This document shows positions 50,627-62,559 of a stretch of 64,000 nt of DNA, in pieces. The translations under genes were made by a program, and so were the position numbers. This DNA is from Octopus vulgaris (lineage: Eukaryota), in the NCBI GenBank assembly GCA_951406725.2, contig OX597816.1, forward strand, positions 172,298,001 through 172,362,000. The letters run 5' to 3'. Every line of letters starts with the position of its first letter. Position 1 is the first letter of the stretch. The notes beneath the pieces are model-generated. The model was not told the origin of the DNA. It saw only the letters and a program-made list of their open reading frames with translations, and did no database searches.

Positions 50627-50983
50627 TATAAACCCAGACAAATGCACACAAAAGTGACAGGTTTCTATACTTTTACATACAGAATTACACAAAGATAAAG
50701 GAATTTCAAATAGAACATATTTCAGTTGAGTGAAGAGTTAGTGTAATGAGTGTAAGTCACAGTTTAGTATCACATGACATTAAGCACACACACACACAGA
50801 CAGACAGACAGACACACACACACTGTTGGAGACATTGGAAAGTAAAAAGTTGATGTGTTGCTGTATTATATTTTGTATTATCTCTGTAATTATGTTTAAG
50901 TTGTTGGCATTTAAATTTGGTTAAGTCTAGAAGAGACAATAACTGTTAGCATTTATTTAATCAAAATATAAGCGTAGTGTTAC

Positions 50984-51066
50984 CTGGATATAATTTTGTA
51001 ATAGTTGTTACTCCAAGCCTTCAAACAATCGTCGCATCCTGGAGGTATATGGCCAATTATATGGAC
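50984..51066 (-). CDS. SMPD1: acid sphingomyelinase-like exon with GHIPPG
   Basis: tatAG / GTAAC, phase 0-2; VHIIGHIPPGCDDCLKAWSNNYYKIIS(R). Confidence 0.97.
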
Positions 51067-51500
51067 CTATAAACAGAAGAATGGTAGTACAAGTGAAGTT
51101 GTTTTAACTGGGCATATCATCATCATCATCAGCAACAACAACAACACTTAATGTCTATTTTCCATGCTGGCATGGGTTGGGCAGCTTGACAGGAACTGGA
51201 AAGGCCAGAGGCTGCACCAGGTTCCATGGTCAGTTTTTGCTTGGTTCTTGTGGCTGGATGTCCTTTCCTAACACCAACCACTTTACAGGGTGTACTGAGT
51301 ACTTTTTATGCAGCACAATCACTGGTGCTTTTTATGTAGTACCAGCACACACACTAATGCTTTTTACATTGCACCTTAGTTTTAGGATGTCAATTTTGTT
51401 GTGGTGGGTGGGTCTTCAAGAGTACAGGAATGCACCACATATCTCAATCATCTTGAAATGAAGAAATTAAACAAAGAGGTAAATAAGAGATTTTACTTAC

Positions 51501-51588
51501 TTTTTCCTTTTTGTCTTCAGCTTTTTGAAGGACATTAATGAGCCATGATAGTTCATTGTTTGGGTCAGTCATATTAATCAGGAGCCAC
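51501..51588 (-). CDS. SMPD1: acid sphingomyelinase-like exon
   Basis: gttAG / GTAAGT, phase 2-0; (W)WLLINMTDPNNELSWLINVLQKAEDKKEK. Confidence 0.96.
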
Positions 51589-51941
51589 CTAACGACAAAA
51601 ATGTATTTCAGTTAAAATTTGAACACTAAATATATCACAACAATGTCTTTCTATTATAGGAACAAGGCCTGAAATTTTGAAAGATGAAACTAGTTGATTG
51701 CATTAATCAACCATAAAAGGCAAAGCCAACCTTGGTGGAATCTGAACTCAGAGTGTAAACATGAAATGCCACTAAGCATCTTGTCCACCATGCTAATGAC
51801 TTTGCCAGCTGACCACCACCAGTTCTGTTGTCACTGTGAGACTATCTTCTCCTAATTCTTGCAGCAGATGTTGGATAAGGCTAACAGAAGATGATCTGAA
51901 AGTGACAACAGAATCATCATCATCATCATTATTATTATTAT

Positions 51942-52266
51942 TGAGTGCATACCATCAAAGTGACACTGGGGTACAAATATATGAAGCCCAGTATACCCAT
52001 CATGACTACCTGTCTGATAAGGGTACACCAGGCACATGCATCACAACCATATGTGCATGGCATGGTGATCTCATATCAAGATAAATAGCACAAGACCTTG
52101 CAGGTGGGGCCCAATTAGAATTTTCTTCTGGTCAAGTAACCCATCCTGCTCAAAAGGTCCCTGAATAAGGGTTGTTTAAGGATGTTGAACGAAACACCCA
52201 TGTTTCCAGAGGTGAATTATTCAAACCCCAATGAATCCCTCTCAACACATGGCTATGATGCTCCCC

Positions 52267-52268
<2 letters not shown>
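51942..52268 (-). mobile_element. non-autonomous retroelement embedded in (TAA)n, possibly R4/Dong-related
   Basis: Flanked on both sides by (TTA)n; a short 3' copy (ccccagtgtcactttgatgg) at 52695-52740 also sits between (TAA)n tracts. Confidence 0.55.
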
Positions 52269-52324
<56 letters not shown>

Positions 52325-52339
52325 ATTAATATTAATATT

Positions 52340-52540
52340 ATTAAGGCGACAAACGGGCAGAATCGTTAGCATGCTGGGTGAAATGCTTAGAGGTATTTCA
52401 CCTGCTGGTATGTTCTGAGTTCAAATTCCACCAAGGTTGACATCCTTTTGGGGTCAATAAATTAAGTACCAGTGGAACACTGGAGTCGATGTAATCGACT
52501 AGTCCTATCCCCACCAAAATTTCAGGCCTTGTGCCTTTAG
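52340..52540 (+). mobile_element. SINE family C (Deu/Nin-like domain)
   Basis: ggcagaatcgttagc...gagttcaaattcc...ggggtcaataaattaagtaccag; reverse copies at 44140-44340, 51650-51820, 53030-53235, 53305-53445 and 53465-53580. Confidence 0.8.
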
Positions 52541-53241
52541 TAGAAAAGATTATTATTGTTATTATTATCACCTACATTGTTAACCTGCAGAAAAGTGCCA
52601 TCCTGTATTTTGCAGGAAATTTGAGGAAGATTCTTGAGAGTAGCTTTGTTGTCATCAAACCTTTTCAATAATAATAATAATAAATAATAATGATATATAT
52701 TTGTCCCCAGTGTCACTTTGATGGCATGTGCTGTTCTCTCAATAATAATAATAATAATCTTTCCAGTCCACACTGTAAAGTAGTTGGCATTTGGAAGGGC
52801 ATCTGGCTGTAAAAGCCATGCCAAAACTGACCTCGCCTGTGCTTGTGCTACATTAAAAGCACTAAATCCAGTCTGCTGGGTGGTTGGTGTTAGGAAGGTG
52901 TAAAAACCCTGCCAAAACAGACACAAAAATCTGGTGCAGACTCCTGCCTGGCCGGTTCCTCTCAAACTGTCCAACCCATACCAGCATGGAAAGTGGATGT
53001 TAAACAATGATGATGAGGATGATAATGACTATAGGTACAAGACCTGAAATTTTCTAAATGGGGCTAAGTCAATTACATTGACCCCAGTGCTCAACTGGTA
53101 CTTATCTTATCAACTCTAAAAGAATGGAGGGCAAAGTTAACCTCGGTGGAATCGAACTCAGAATCTAAAACCTGAATACTTACTGCTAACTATTTCGTCC
53201 AGCACAGTAACAGTTCTGTCAGTTCATGGCCTTAATAATAA

Positions 53242-53272
<31 letters not shown>

Positions 53273-53579
53273 ATAATAATAATAATAATAATATGGCTTC
53301 AAATTTTAGCACAAGGCTAGCAAAACAGGTGATGATGGAAGCAAAGTAGGCCTTGAGGGAATCTGAACTCGCAATGTAAAGACAGACAAAATGTCGCTAA
53401 GCATTTTGCCTGGTGCATTAATGATTCTGCTAGCGCACTGCCTTATATTAATAATGATAATCCTTTCTACTATAGACACAAGGTTTGAAATTTTAGGAGA
53501 GGGGACTAGACGATTACACTGACCCCAGTGTTTCACTGGTTCTTAATCTATCGACCTCCAAAAGGATGAAAGGCAAAGT

Positions 53580-53962
53580 TGTCTGGTGCCAAGTCGGCTC
53601 CACTGACCACAGCATTCAGTCCATTCCCCTCATGCTCTCACCATTCTCCTCCATGTTGTTCCAAACATTTTTCTCAAATTGTCTTCCCACCTGGTTGGAG
53701 GTCTTTCAAGTGGTCTCTTCTGCTTACACGGGTACCACTTGACAACTACATGGGTCCACCGATTGTCTGTGAACCTTGCGACATGACTGGCTCATTGTAA
53801 CTTTGTGTGGAGGCATTCTGTGATGACATCCTTCACTCCAGTTCTATCCCTGATCACCTTGTTCCAGGTGTGATCTCTTAGTGAGATTCTCAGCATTGAC
53901 CTTTCCACGGCTCTCTGCGTTGTAAGCAGATGTTGTTGTTCTCTTTTTGTCAAGGCCCAATG
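53580..53962 (-). mobile_element. RTE LINE ORF2 C-terminal fragment
   Basis: WALTKREQQHLLTTQRAVERSMLRISLRDHTWNKVIRDRTGVKDVI...KLQ*ASHVARFTDNRWT. Confidence 0.85.
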
Positions 53963-54210
53963 TGAAGAAATTGCCAAAGTACAAGTGGAGAAATTGTCCA
54001 AGTACAAAAACCTCAAAATTGAAGTATTCAAGATGTGGAGCATGAAAGCGGAAACAATATCAGTAACAACTGGAGCATTGTGCATGATAAAAAAAACATA
54101 TGAGCAAAAATGTAGATGCTATACCAAGATCCTCAACACTACATACTATCCAAAAAATAGCCCTGCTAGGAATAGCCCACATCCTACACAAGACACTATC
54201 AGTTCAATAA
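53963..54210 (+). mobile_element. R4/NeSL-like restriction-like-endonuclease LINE C-terminal fragment
   Basis: EKLSKYKNLKIEVFKMWSMKAETISVTTGALCMIKK and, in a shifted frame, IQKIALLGIAHIL; followed by a probable 3'UTR and long (TAA)n. Confidence 0.8.
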
Positions 54211-54514
54211 TACAACCTAAACAAAACAATCCACAAACACAAGACATTTTATACAGCAAACATCCAATGAAATAAACTACCACCAGCAAGTTAGATACCC
54301 AACGCATTACACACAAAACACACGATACAAACACTAATACAACAAAAAACTGTACCACACCATAAAAAAACAGGAACTGATGCAATACAACACTGAGAAG
54401 AGTTTGCACACTCCCAACAACAGAAAAGAATACACAATGCTGCACACACCCTGGCAACAGGGTGGTGCAGCAGGTAATGCAGTAGAAATTGGTCTGAAAC
54501 TGCCAAATCTTGAA

Positions 54515-54612
54515 CAACAATAGCAGTAATAACAGTAGTAGTAGTAGTAATAATAATAATAATAAAAATAATAATAACAATAACAATAATAATAACAATA
54601 ACAATAACAATG

Positions 54613-54646
<34 letters not shown>

Positions 54647-54790
54647 TAAATAACAATAATGATAATAATAATAATATTAATAATAATAATAATAATAAAA
54701 ATAATAATAATAATATTAATAATAATAATAATAATATTAATAATAATAATAATGATAATAATAATAATAATATTAATAATAATAATAATG

Positions 54791-54827
<37 letters not shown>

Positions 54828-54852
54828 TAATAATAATAATAATAATAAATAA
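54515..54852. repeat. long (AAT)n microsatellite
   Basis: Direct inspection. Confidence 0.97.
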
Positions 54853-55185
54853 TCACCACCACAATCATCATCATTTCATTTAGCTTTCCATTTCAAGGAA
54901 ATTTGCTAGCTTCCAACATATAAATACTGATGTTATCTTTCCTAACATAATATCAAAAAGACAGGCTGTTAATGATACAGCATAGATTCTATAAATAACA
55001 GATGACTACTTCATTAAATCATCATGCAAGCTAAATTTTAATGAGAGGTGTTTAAAAACAGATATTTTTAAATCACTGAATCATTGAAAAGCATTGAATT
55101 AGTTTTATTTATCAAACTTGCTAATTAAAATTTTCAGTTTCTTGTAATTTTATTTGTCAATTTTAAACAATTAAATAGAAGTTAC

Positions 55186-55266
55186 CAATTTAGATTGTTG
55201 CAGAAATTGGTATTAAGAGAGACAATTCTAAATCCAGGATATGGAGAAACTGTGTAGAAAGCACCA
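55186..55266 (-). CDS. SMPD1: acid sphingomyelinase-like exon
   Basis: ttccAG / GTAACT, phase 2-2; (N)GAFYTVSPYPGFRIVSLNTNFCNNLN(W). Confidence 0.96.
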
Positions 55267-55347
55267 CTGGAATAGAAAATAAAGATAAAATAAATATTAA
55301 GAAAGATTGTGCAAATTTTTGTGTTTACATTTATTTAAAGTTAAAAT

Positions 55348-55589
55348 CTTTTATCTGTTCAGTCTTTAGACTATGGCCATGCTGGGGCCATTGCCGTGAA
55401 AAACTTTTACCCCCCCCAGTACTTTTTTTTTCCTTAATTTACAAGCCTGGTACTTATTCTATTGGTCTCTTTTTGCTGAACTGCTAAGTTTCGAGGACAT
55501 AAACAAACCATCACGAGTTGCCAAGCGGTGGAGCAGGAACAAACACACACACACACACACTCACACACACACAATCACACACACACACA

Positions 55590-55671
<82 letters not shown>

Positions 55672-55838
55672 GTGCATATACATGATGAATTTCTTACAGT
55701 TTCTGTCTGTCAAATCCACTTACAAGGCTTTGATTGGCCTGTGGTTATAGTAGAAGATGCTTGCCCAAGGTGTCACCCAATGGGACTGAACCTGGAACCA
55801 CATGGTTGGGAAGCAAGCTTCTTACCACACAGTCACTC
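55348..55838 (-). mobile_element. SINE family A, diverged, with (CA)n expansion
   Basis: Matches the family consensus. Confidence 0.8.
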
Positions 55839-55859
55839 TTTTGTGTCATTTATCTACGA

Positions 55860-56347
55860 AAAAAAAAAGCCTTCTTGAATTTTCTGTTTAAAAAAAAAAA
55901 CTCCTGCTCTCTAATTTTCAAATAAATCTCATTTGGTAGAAGACACTTGCTCAAGGTACCATGCAGTGAGATTGAACCCTGAACCTTGTGGTTGAGAAGC
56001 AAGCTTCTTACAACACAGCCACACCTGTGTTTATTATATATATATATATATTTATATATATATAATATTAAAAAAAAAAGCCTTCTTGAATTTTCTGTTT
56101 AAAAAAAAAAAACTCCTGCTCTCTAATTTTCAAATAAATCTCATTTGGTAGAAGACACTTGCTCAAGGTACCATGCAGTGAGATTGAACCCTGAACCTTG
56201 TGGTTGAGAAGCAAGCTTCTTACAACACAGCCACACCTGTGCTTATTATATATATATATATAATATGAAAAAAAAAAGCCTTCTTGAATTTTCTGTTTTA
56301 AAAAAAAAAACTTCTGCTCTCTAATTTTCAAATAAATCTCATTTGGG
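55860..56347. repeat. tandem duplication, about 205-bp unit x 2.4
   Basis: aaaagccttcttgaattttctgttt...aaataaatctcatttgg occurs three times, separated by two near-identical SINE-head fragments. Confidence 0.92.
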
Positions 56348-56507
56348 AATTTTCATTAAGTTTTTTTTTTTTTTTTTTATGGAAGTGCAATAATTGTGAT
56401 GATGTGCAATATGATTAACCATAGAATTATTCAATATACTCTGCCACAGGTTTGTTGGTTCGGAAATTGGAGCTGCTTCTATTTCACATGTTAGTCACCG
56501 ACATTCT

Positions 56508-56812
56508 TCATCATCATCATTGTTCGACCGTGGTCGAGACAATGGAATTTACCATGCTACGCCAGACTTCACGGTCCATCATAGCATTACGGAGGTCCTG
56601 TTGCTGGATGCCTGTATCCCTGGAGATTACATCAGGGTAGGAGAGTGTGCGCCCTCTGGTGTTGCGAGTAGATGGCTTCCAGAGGAGAAGAGTAGAAATT
56701 ACTTCTTTTTCAGCTCTACAACAATGTCCAGCAAACTGGACTCTCCTACCTTTCACAAGAGATGACACAGGTGGTAATTTCCCATATATTTGCATTCTTA
56801 CTTGGCCCTACA
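56508..56812 (-). mobile_element. RTE-group LINE 3' end, well preserved
   Basis: IYGKLPPVSSLVKGRRVQFAGHCCRAEKEVISTLLLWKP...RNAMMDREVWRSMV then (TGA)n tail. Confidence 0.88.
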
Positions 56813-57024
56813 AAGCCCCTGACCATCCTTTTCCAGTCATATCTTCTGCATCTTATCATTTTTTTTCCCAGCAGTGGACAACATTAAGCTAATTCTCTTT
56901 TCTTTCTTTTCTTAAAACAGTAGGGTGTAATTGGTGAGAGATTGTGCTGCTATTTCTATCAAATCAAATGTGCACATGAAGGATTCTTTGTTGCCTTGCA
57001 TGTATATCAGTGTTTGAAATGACA

Positions 57025-57520
57025 TCTTTATATATAAAAGAGAAGTTGTGTGTCTGTCTCCTACAATTTAGATTCCTAACTACTCCCACATTTTGCGGTG
57101 CAGTTTAACCAAAACCAGGTATCTTATAGTCGTGATTCATATCGAGCCCTTCTGGGTATTAGTGCACGTCTACAATGAGTCTACGATTTAAAAAAAAATT
57201 TACCATAATTTTTTTTCCATTTCAATGCATTTTTTTCGCTATTATATAAGGGAAGAAACTCTCTAAAAATGTCTACGATGAGTCTACGATTTAAAAAAAA
57301 AATTTACCAACATTTTTTTCCATTTTAATGCATTTTTTCGCTATTATATAAGGGAAGTAACTCTCTAAAAATGTCTACAATGAGTCAACGATTTAAAAAA
57401 AAATTTACCATCACTTTTTTTCCATTTTTACTTTTTGCTAATTTTTGGCTATAACTCTCTAAAAATGTTTATATAGTTATTTCTCTTACAAACCCGAGCA
57501 ACGCCGGGCGATACTGCTAA
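57025..57520 (+). mobile_element. Helitron H1 with three internal ~105-bp tandem units
   Basis: A|TCttta...cccgagcaacgccggg..CTAA|T; unit tacgatttaaaaaaaaatttacca...ctctctaaaaatg repeated. Confidence 0.92.
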
Positions 57521-57599
57521 TCTAAACATAAAAGTATATGCTTAAATTATGACAAAGCCATTTTACTTCCTGAAGCAATGGTCAGCCTTGTGGCTCTCT

Positions 57600-57945
57600 T
57601 GAGCATCCTTTTGATTGTCTTCTCAAAGCATCTTAATATTCTCTCCTCCATCATCTGTAACCATGTCTTACTTAGCTTTCCCTTTTATCTACTTCCTTTC
57701 ACAATACCCTTCCATCCCTCCACTCACCCAGTCACTTTCATCCTTCCTTAGCACACGATGCAACCAGCTCTTCACATTTTTCTTCACATCTGTCACTGGC
57801 TCTATTCCCATCATCTTCCACAATTAATTGTTATTTTTTTCTCTCTCAGAGTTACTCCAATCATCCACAGAACAATTCCCATTCTCATTCCTTCCAAAAT
57901 TTTCTGCTGCTTTGCATTCATTACTTATGTTTTGTTCCCATAGAT
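57600..57945 (-). mobile_element. highly decayed RTE RT C-terminal fragment
   Basis: Minus strand YGNKT*VMNAKQQKILEGMRMGIVLWMIGVTLRE resembles the RTE YG.ETW...R.EM.MLRWM.GVT motif. Confidence 0.55.
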
Positions 57946-57966
57946 CATTTATTTATTTATTTTTTA

Positions 57967-58441
57967 CTAGCAGTATCGCCCGGCGTTGCTCGGGTTTGTA
58001 AGGGAAATAACTATATAAGCATTTTTAGAGATGTAAAGTATAATAGCCATCTCAATATAGCTAACCACAAAGGGGGGTGTTACAGTAGCTTTTTACGTTC
58101 TGAGATTTAATAATAAATTTTTAGAGAGTTACTTCCCTTATATATACCAAAAATGCATTAAAAATGGGAAAAAATGATGGTAAATTTGTTTTTAAATCGT
58201 AGACATTTTTAGAGTTTCTTTCCTTATATAATAGCAAAAAAAATGCATTGAAATGGAAAAAAATTATGGTAAATTTTTTTTTAAATCGTAGACTCACCGT
58301 AGACGTGCACTAATACCCAGAAGGGCTCGATATGAATCACGACTATAAGATACCCGGTTAAACTGCACCGCAAAATGTGGGAGTAGTTAGGAATCTAAAT
58401 TGTAGGAGACAGACACACAACTTCTCTTTTATATATAAAGA
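57967..58441 (-). mobile_element. Helitron H1 with two internal units
   Basis: TC and hairpin-CTAG termini. Confidence 0.92.
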
Positions 58442-58677
58442 TTTTTGCTGCTTTTGTGGATTCCCATGACTCTCTGTGGCCATCCACAGCTGGATGCCCT
58501 TCTTTACAGAGTGTACTGGGTGCTTCTTACATGGCACTAGCTTTTAAGGTTAATTTCCATTGCATATTATTGAAGATAATTCTTATTAATAGATAGCATA
58601 ATTAACCAAATAAAGTCAAGCTGATTATTATATTGCAATCTCAATGTATGTAAATGGAATCTACAGTTTGTGCTTAC

Positions 58678-58788
58678 TTTGAGATGGTACCATATGTGGT
58701 TTCAGGAAGCCAATTAGACCAACTCTCTTTGAGAGCAGAATACAACCAGTCTACAGAATTGTTGCCATAGATGAAGTGAGGTGGGAAG
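58678..58788 (-). CDS. SMPD1: acid sphingomyelinase-like exon
   Basis: ttgcAG / GTAAGC, phase 2-2; (S)FPPHFIYGNNSVDWLYSALKESWSNWLPETTYGTIS. Confidence 0.96.
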
Positions 58789-60384
58789 CTGCAAAGAAAT
58801 TGAAATACAGAAAATTTGATATAATCTGAATTATCACAGAAATTGTAGAATCAAAATACAAATACAAAGATATTATTGATTTCTACCATTGGTACAATGC
58901 CATATTTTTGTAAGGTTAGGGAACAATCACTTTAATTGCTCCCAGTACTGACTAGGTTCAAAGGCAAAGACTATATCAAATAATTTATAGATAACTGAAT
59001 TTAAAATAGTGAAATCTTATTTTTTATATCTGGATGTCTCCAATCTTTTGCACAATGAGGGCAACATTTTCTAAATGTAGTATGAATAAAGAGAGCAATG
59101 TAAATAATTTCGTAGTTCTACCACTGAATTTTTATAGTTTAAAGAAGAACAAAACCTGTTTCTTCTGATCTTCATGAATTCAACTTTTATTTTATTGTTT
59201 TTTCTTTACTGACATCTTTTTTTACTGTTTGACAAACATTGTCTCTATATTGATATTTGGTTTACTGAATAACCGTCATACAGCTAGGAGGCTGCTTACG
59301 GTGGATGTGACCAAGTGCTCATGTTTCATACAAGATAAAAAAAAAAAATGCTTGTAAATGAAGGTCTTTCCAATGGCTAAACAATGATCTCTACTACAAG
59401 ACAACTAAGATTAGAGAAACTTATTTCACAATAAAATGCTTAATTGCTATGTTGTTTAGAAACAAGGCAACTCTTTTTATGTATATTCAGGCCCACATTG
59501 CCAAATGTGTCCCTCTTTTTTTGTAGTTGATAGGATGAGATATTTGACTGCTATATCTAGTAGGACAAGCAATGATATAGGTTCTCTTATTGCAAAGTTT
59601 ATCAATATGGTAAAAAAAAAATGTTTCATTGAAGTACTACAAAGTACCTGACAAACAGCAATGCTACTCTATATAAATTCTAACATTAAATCTTTTGTCA
59701 AAGGGGTAAACTTAGAAACACTAAGTATTAAAAAAGAAAAATTATTTGAATCTGCATATTTTAAAAAATATTTCAGACGTTTTTAATTATTCTTTTTTTT
59801 TTGTGCATAAAATTCTTGATGCAAACATCAGCTTTAAATTTGAAATAATTAATAAAAGAGATCTTTTGGTGGTTGCAATGATGCTTTATTCAATTCTCAT
59901 ATAGTTTTTCCCTATGATGTCCTTGCTAGTTCAGAGTTTTATGCAACATACTACCAATTTGAGCATCATCATCATCATCATTTAACGTCTGTTTTCCATG
60001 CTGGCATGGATTGGACAGTTTGACTGGAGACTGGCAAGCCAGGAGGCCACACCAGACTCCAATCTGATCTGGCAATATTTGTATTCATCAATTCAGAATT
60101 TTCCCACAGTTGCTTATGAAATGTTCAATCTATCTATCATTTTATCTTTCTTTCAAACTAGGCTTCTTAAAGGAATACTTTATTGATTTTAAAATATTGA
60201 GGAACATCATTAATCCATGAACAACTAATGAATCTAGTCTTTCAATTCCTTGTAGCAGTCATACCTAAGACCATGCTGGAACACTGCATGATTTACTCCT
60301 GAGATTTTTAAAAGATATAAATATGCAGTATCTCCTAGTTATATAACGACAGTTTGTTACAAGTAGATAGTTTGCAGAACCCAC

Positions 60385-60554
60385 CTGTTAACTGGAGAGC
60401 TTTCATGGTTGCCAACAACAGGAAACATGGGTTTATTGGGAAGGTACTTCAAGAAATACTGGGTCAAGATATTGATAACTTTCGTTTGATCACTTCTTGA
60501 TTGGTTCCAGATGTTGTGTGGAGGCAGGTCACCAGTCCAGATAATGTAATCAAA
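60385..60554 (-). CDS. SMPD1: acid sphingomyelinase-like exon with the TGD and GNHE catalytic motifs
   Basis: ttctAG / GTGGGT, phase 0-2; FDYIIWTGDLPPHNIWNQSRSDQTKVINILTQYFLKYLPNKPMFPVVGNHESSPVN(S). Confidence 0.97.
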
Positions 60555-60859
60555 CTAGAAAAATAAAACAGAATTAAACTAAGACAGTGATTACAAATGT
60601 AAATGGTATAAAATTAAGTAACTTGAGTCTGTATGCATGTATGTATGGGCTGTTAGCACACACATACACATATATACACATATATACACGAAATTGAACA
60701 GCTAAACCAAGACATTTTTATAAATGTCATATCTTATGTATCATCAGTTAAGAGTTTCTATTTGCCTGTGTTCAGTTTTGGATATTAACTTCATATTTTT
60801 GGTTACAGGTTGTAACAATTGTACAAGAGTTATGGAAACTATCTCAATGAAATATTGTT

Positions 60860-61760
60860 AAATTAAGTCATTGAATGTACAGCTTTCATGATGTCATTGC
60901 CAATACAGGACATGCAAAAAACAATACTTCACTGTGGTTAAGTATAAGGTTACAAGCGTTGTTCTCAGTTAAACTCACAATATTCACAGTACTCAAAAGC
61001 ATGGCTGCACCTTTAAATGATCTGAAGTAGTAAATTCATTCACCAGCATAACCCAATCTTGTTAAAAACCACAGTATGAGCAGGAGAATGATAGCCAAGG
61101 GCATCAGAAATTAATTATGAAGTCATAAATATAGCAATCTTACAGCCCATTCTAAAACCATTAGGGAAGAGATATCTTGGAAGTTTTTGAGAGGGAAGTG
61201 AGAATATTTGTCAGTGAAAAGAAATTCATAGTTAACCATCACAACAGTAGAATTAATGTCTTCAAGCCTACTGAAGTTTCTGGGGTCATGCAAAGTAAAA
61301 TGTTAGGTTACGTGATGGTGTTTGAAGACACTGCAAGTAACAGGTGTGTGATGTCACTCCTTTTCATTGAAGTTAGTCAGCATGACTAAGTATTTGATGC
61401 ACTTTGGAGAAAGTTCTGATGCTGGGGAATATTAAACATCTACACCTGAATAGGTCTATGTTTGTCCAAGACTCTGCCCCCCTGGTACATAACTCAAAAG
61501 TTATGCAGGGTTATTTGAAGGTGAAACTTTCACTACTAACAAGCCTGTCTGGCTTTTTTTGCCTACAAAATCTAAATCTATGTGATTTCTAGAGGTAGGG
61601 CATCAAAAAATCCAATGTAACAGCTCAAAGTATTGTAACTTTTGTAGTGGCTGCCATTAGGAAAGCCTTCTAATTTATTGACAGGAGTGAAGCAAAGATG
61701 GCGTGCTTGGCCTTGCACACTAAATTGATTATAACTAATGACGATGGACATCTTGAGCAA
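60860..61760 (+). mobile_element. highly decayed Tc1/mariner (maT-like) transposase
   Basis: IFVSEKKFIVN, VMVF...ASN, FVQDSAP..HNSKVMQ, NLNLCDF motifs in broken frames. Confidence 0.7.
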
Positions 61761-61792
61761 TGGCTTCCGTTTCTTGTAAATAAGAGTACACA

Positions 61793-62206
61793 CAGGAGTA
61801 GCTGTGTGGTAAGTAGCTTGCTAACCAACCACATGGTTCCGGGTTCAGTCCCACTGCGTGGCACCTTGGGCAAGTGTCTTCTGCTATAGCCCAGGGCCGA
61901 CCAATGCCTTGTGAGTGGATTTGGTAGACGGAAACTGAAAGAAGCCCATCGTATATATGTATATATATGTGTGTGTGCATGTATGTTTGTGTGTCTGTGT
62001 TTGTTCCCCTAGCATTGCTTGACAACTGATGCTGGTGTGTTTACGTCCCCGTTACTTAGCGGTTCGGCAAAAGTGACCGACAGAATAAGTACTGGGCTTA
62101 CAAAAGAATAAGTTCCGGGGTCGAGTTGCTCGACTAAAGGCGGTGCTCCAGCATGACCGCAGTCAAATGACTGAAACAAGTAAAAGAGAGTAGAGAGTAA
62201 AGAGTA
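61793..62206 (+). mobile_element. SINE family A
   Basis: Full length. Confidence 0.9.
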
Positions 62207-62559
62207 TGTATGCATGTAGGTGTATGCTTGAGATAACCTGTACTTAATTGTACTCATCTCTAGCTCTACCATCATCTTCTCCCACACTAACCATTATCCT
62301 CTTCACCTTTAACACAACAATCACCATCACAACCACACAAGCCAATGCCCTCTTTACTATCACTGCTCCACTTTAGCATACCCCTTATTACAATTACTTT
62401 CATCATCATCATCAATATAATCCTCCTCCTCCTCCTCGCTGCCACCATTATCATCATCATCGCTCTGTCATTGTCTTCCCCAACACAAACCTCTCTGTCA
62501 TCTGACCTACTACCTGGTTCTTATTGATCTGGTTATCTTTCCGACTATATCCCTATCAA

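Noticed and set aside
54146-54883. poly-Leu, poly-Ile and poly-Asn ORFs
   Set aside because: Translations of an (AAT)n microsatellite.
55860-56347. repeat-spacer-repeat arrangement resembling CRISPR
   Set aside because: The units are about 80 bp, the spacers are near-identical SINE fragments, the context is eukaryotic and there are no cas genes.
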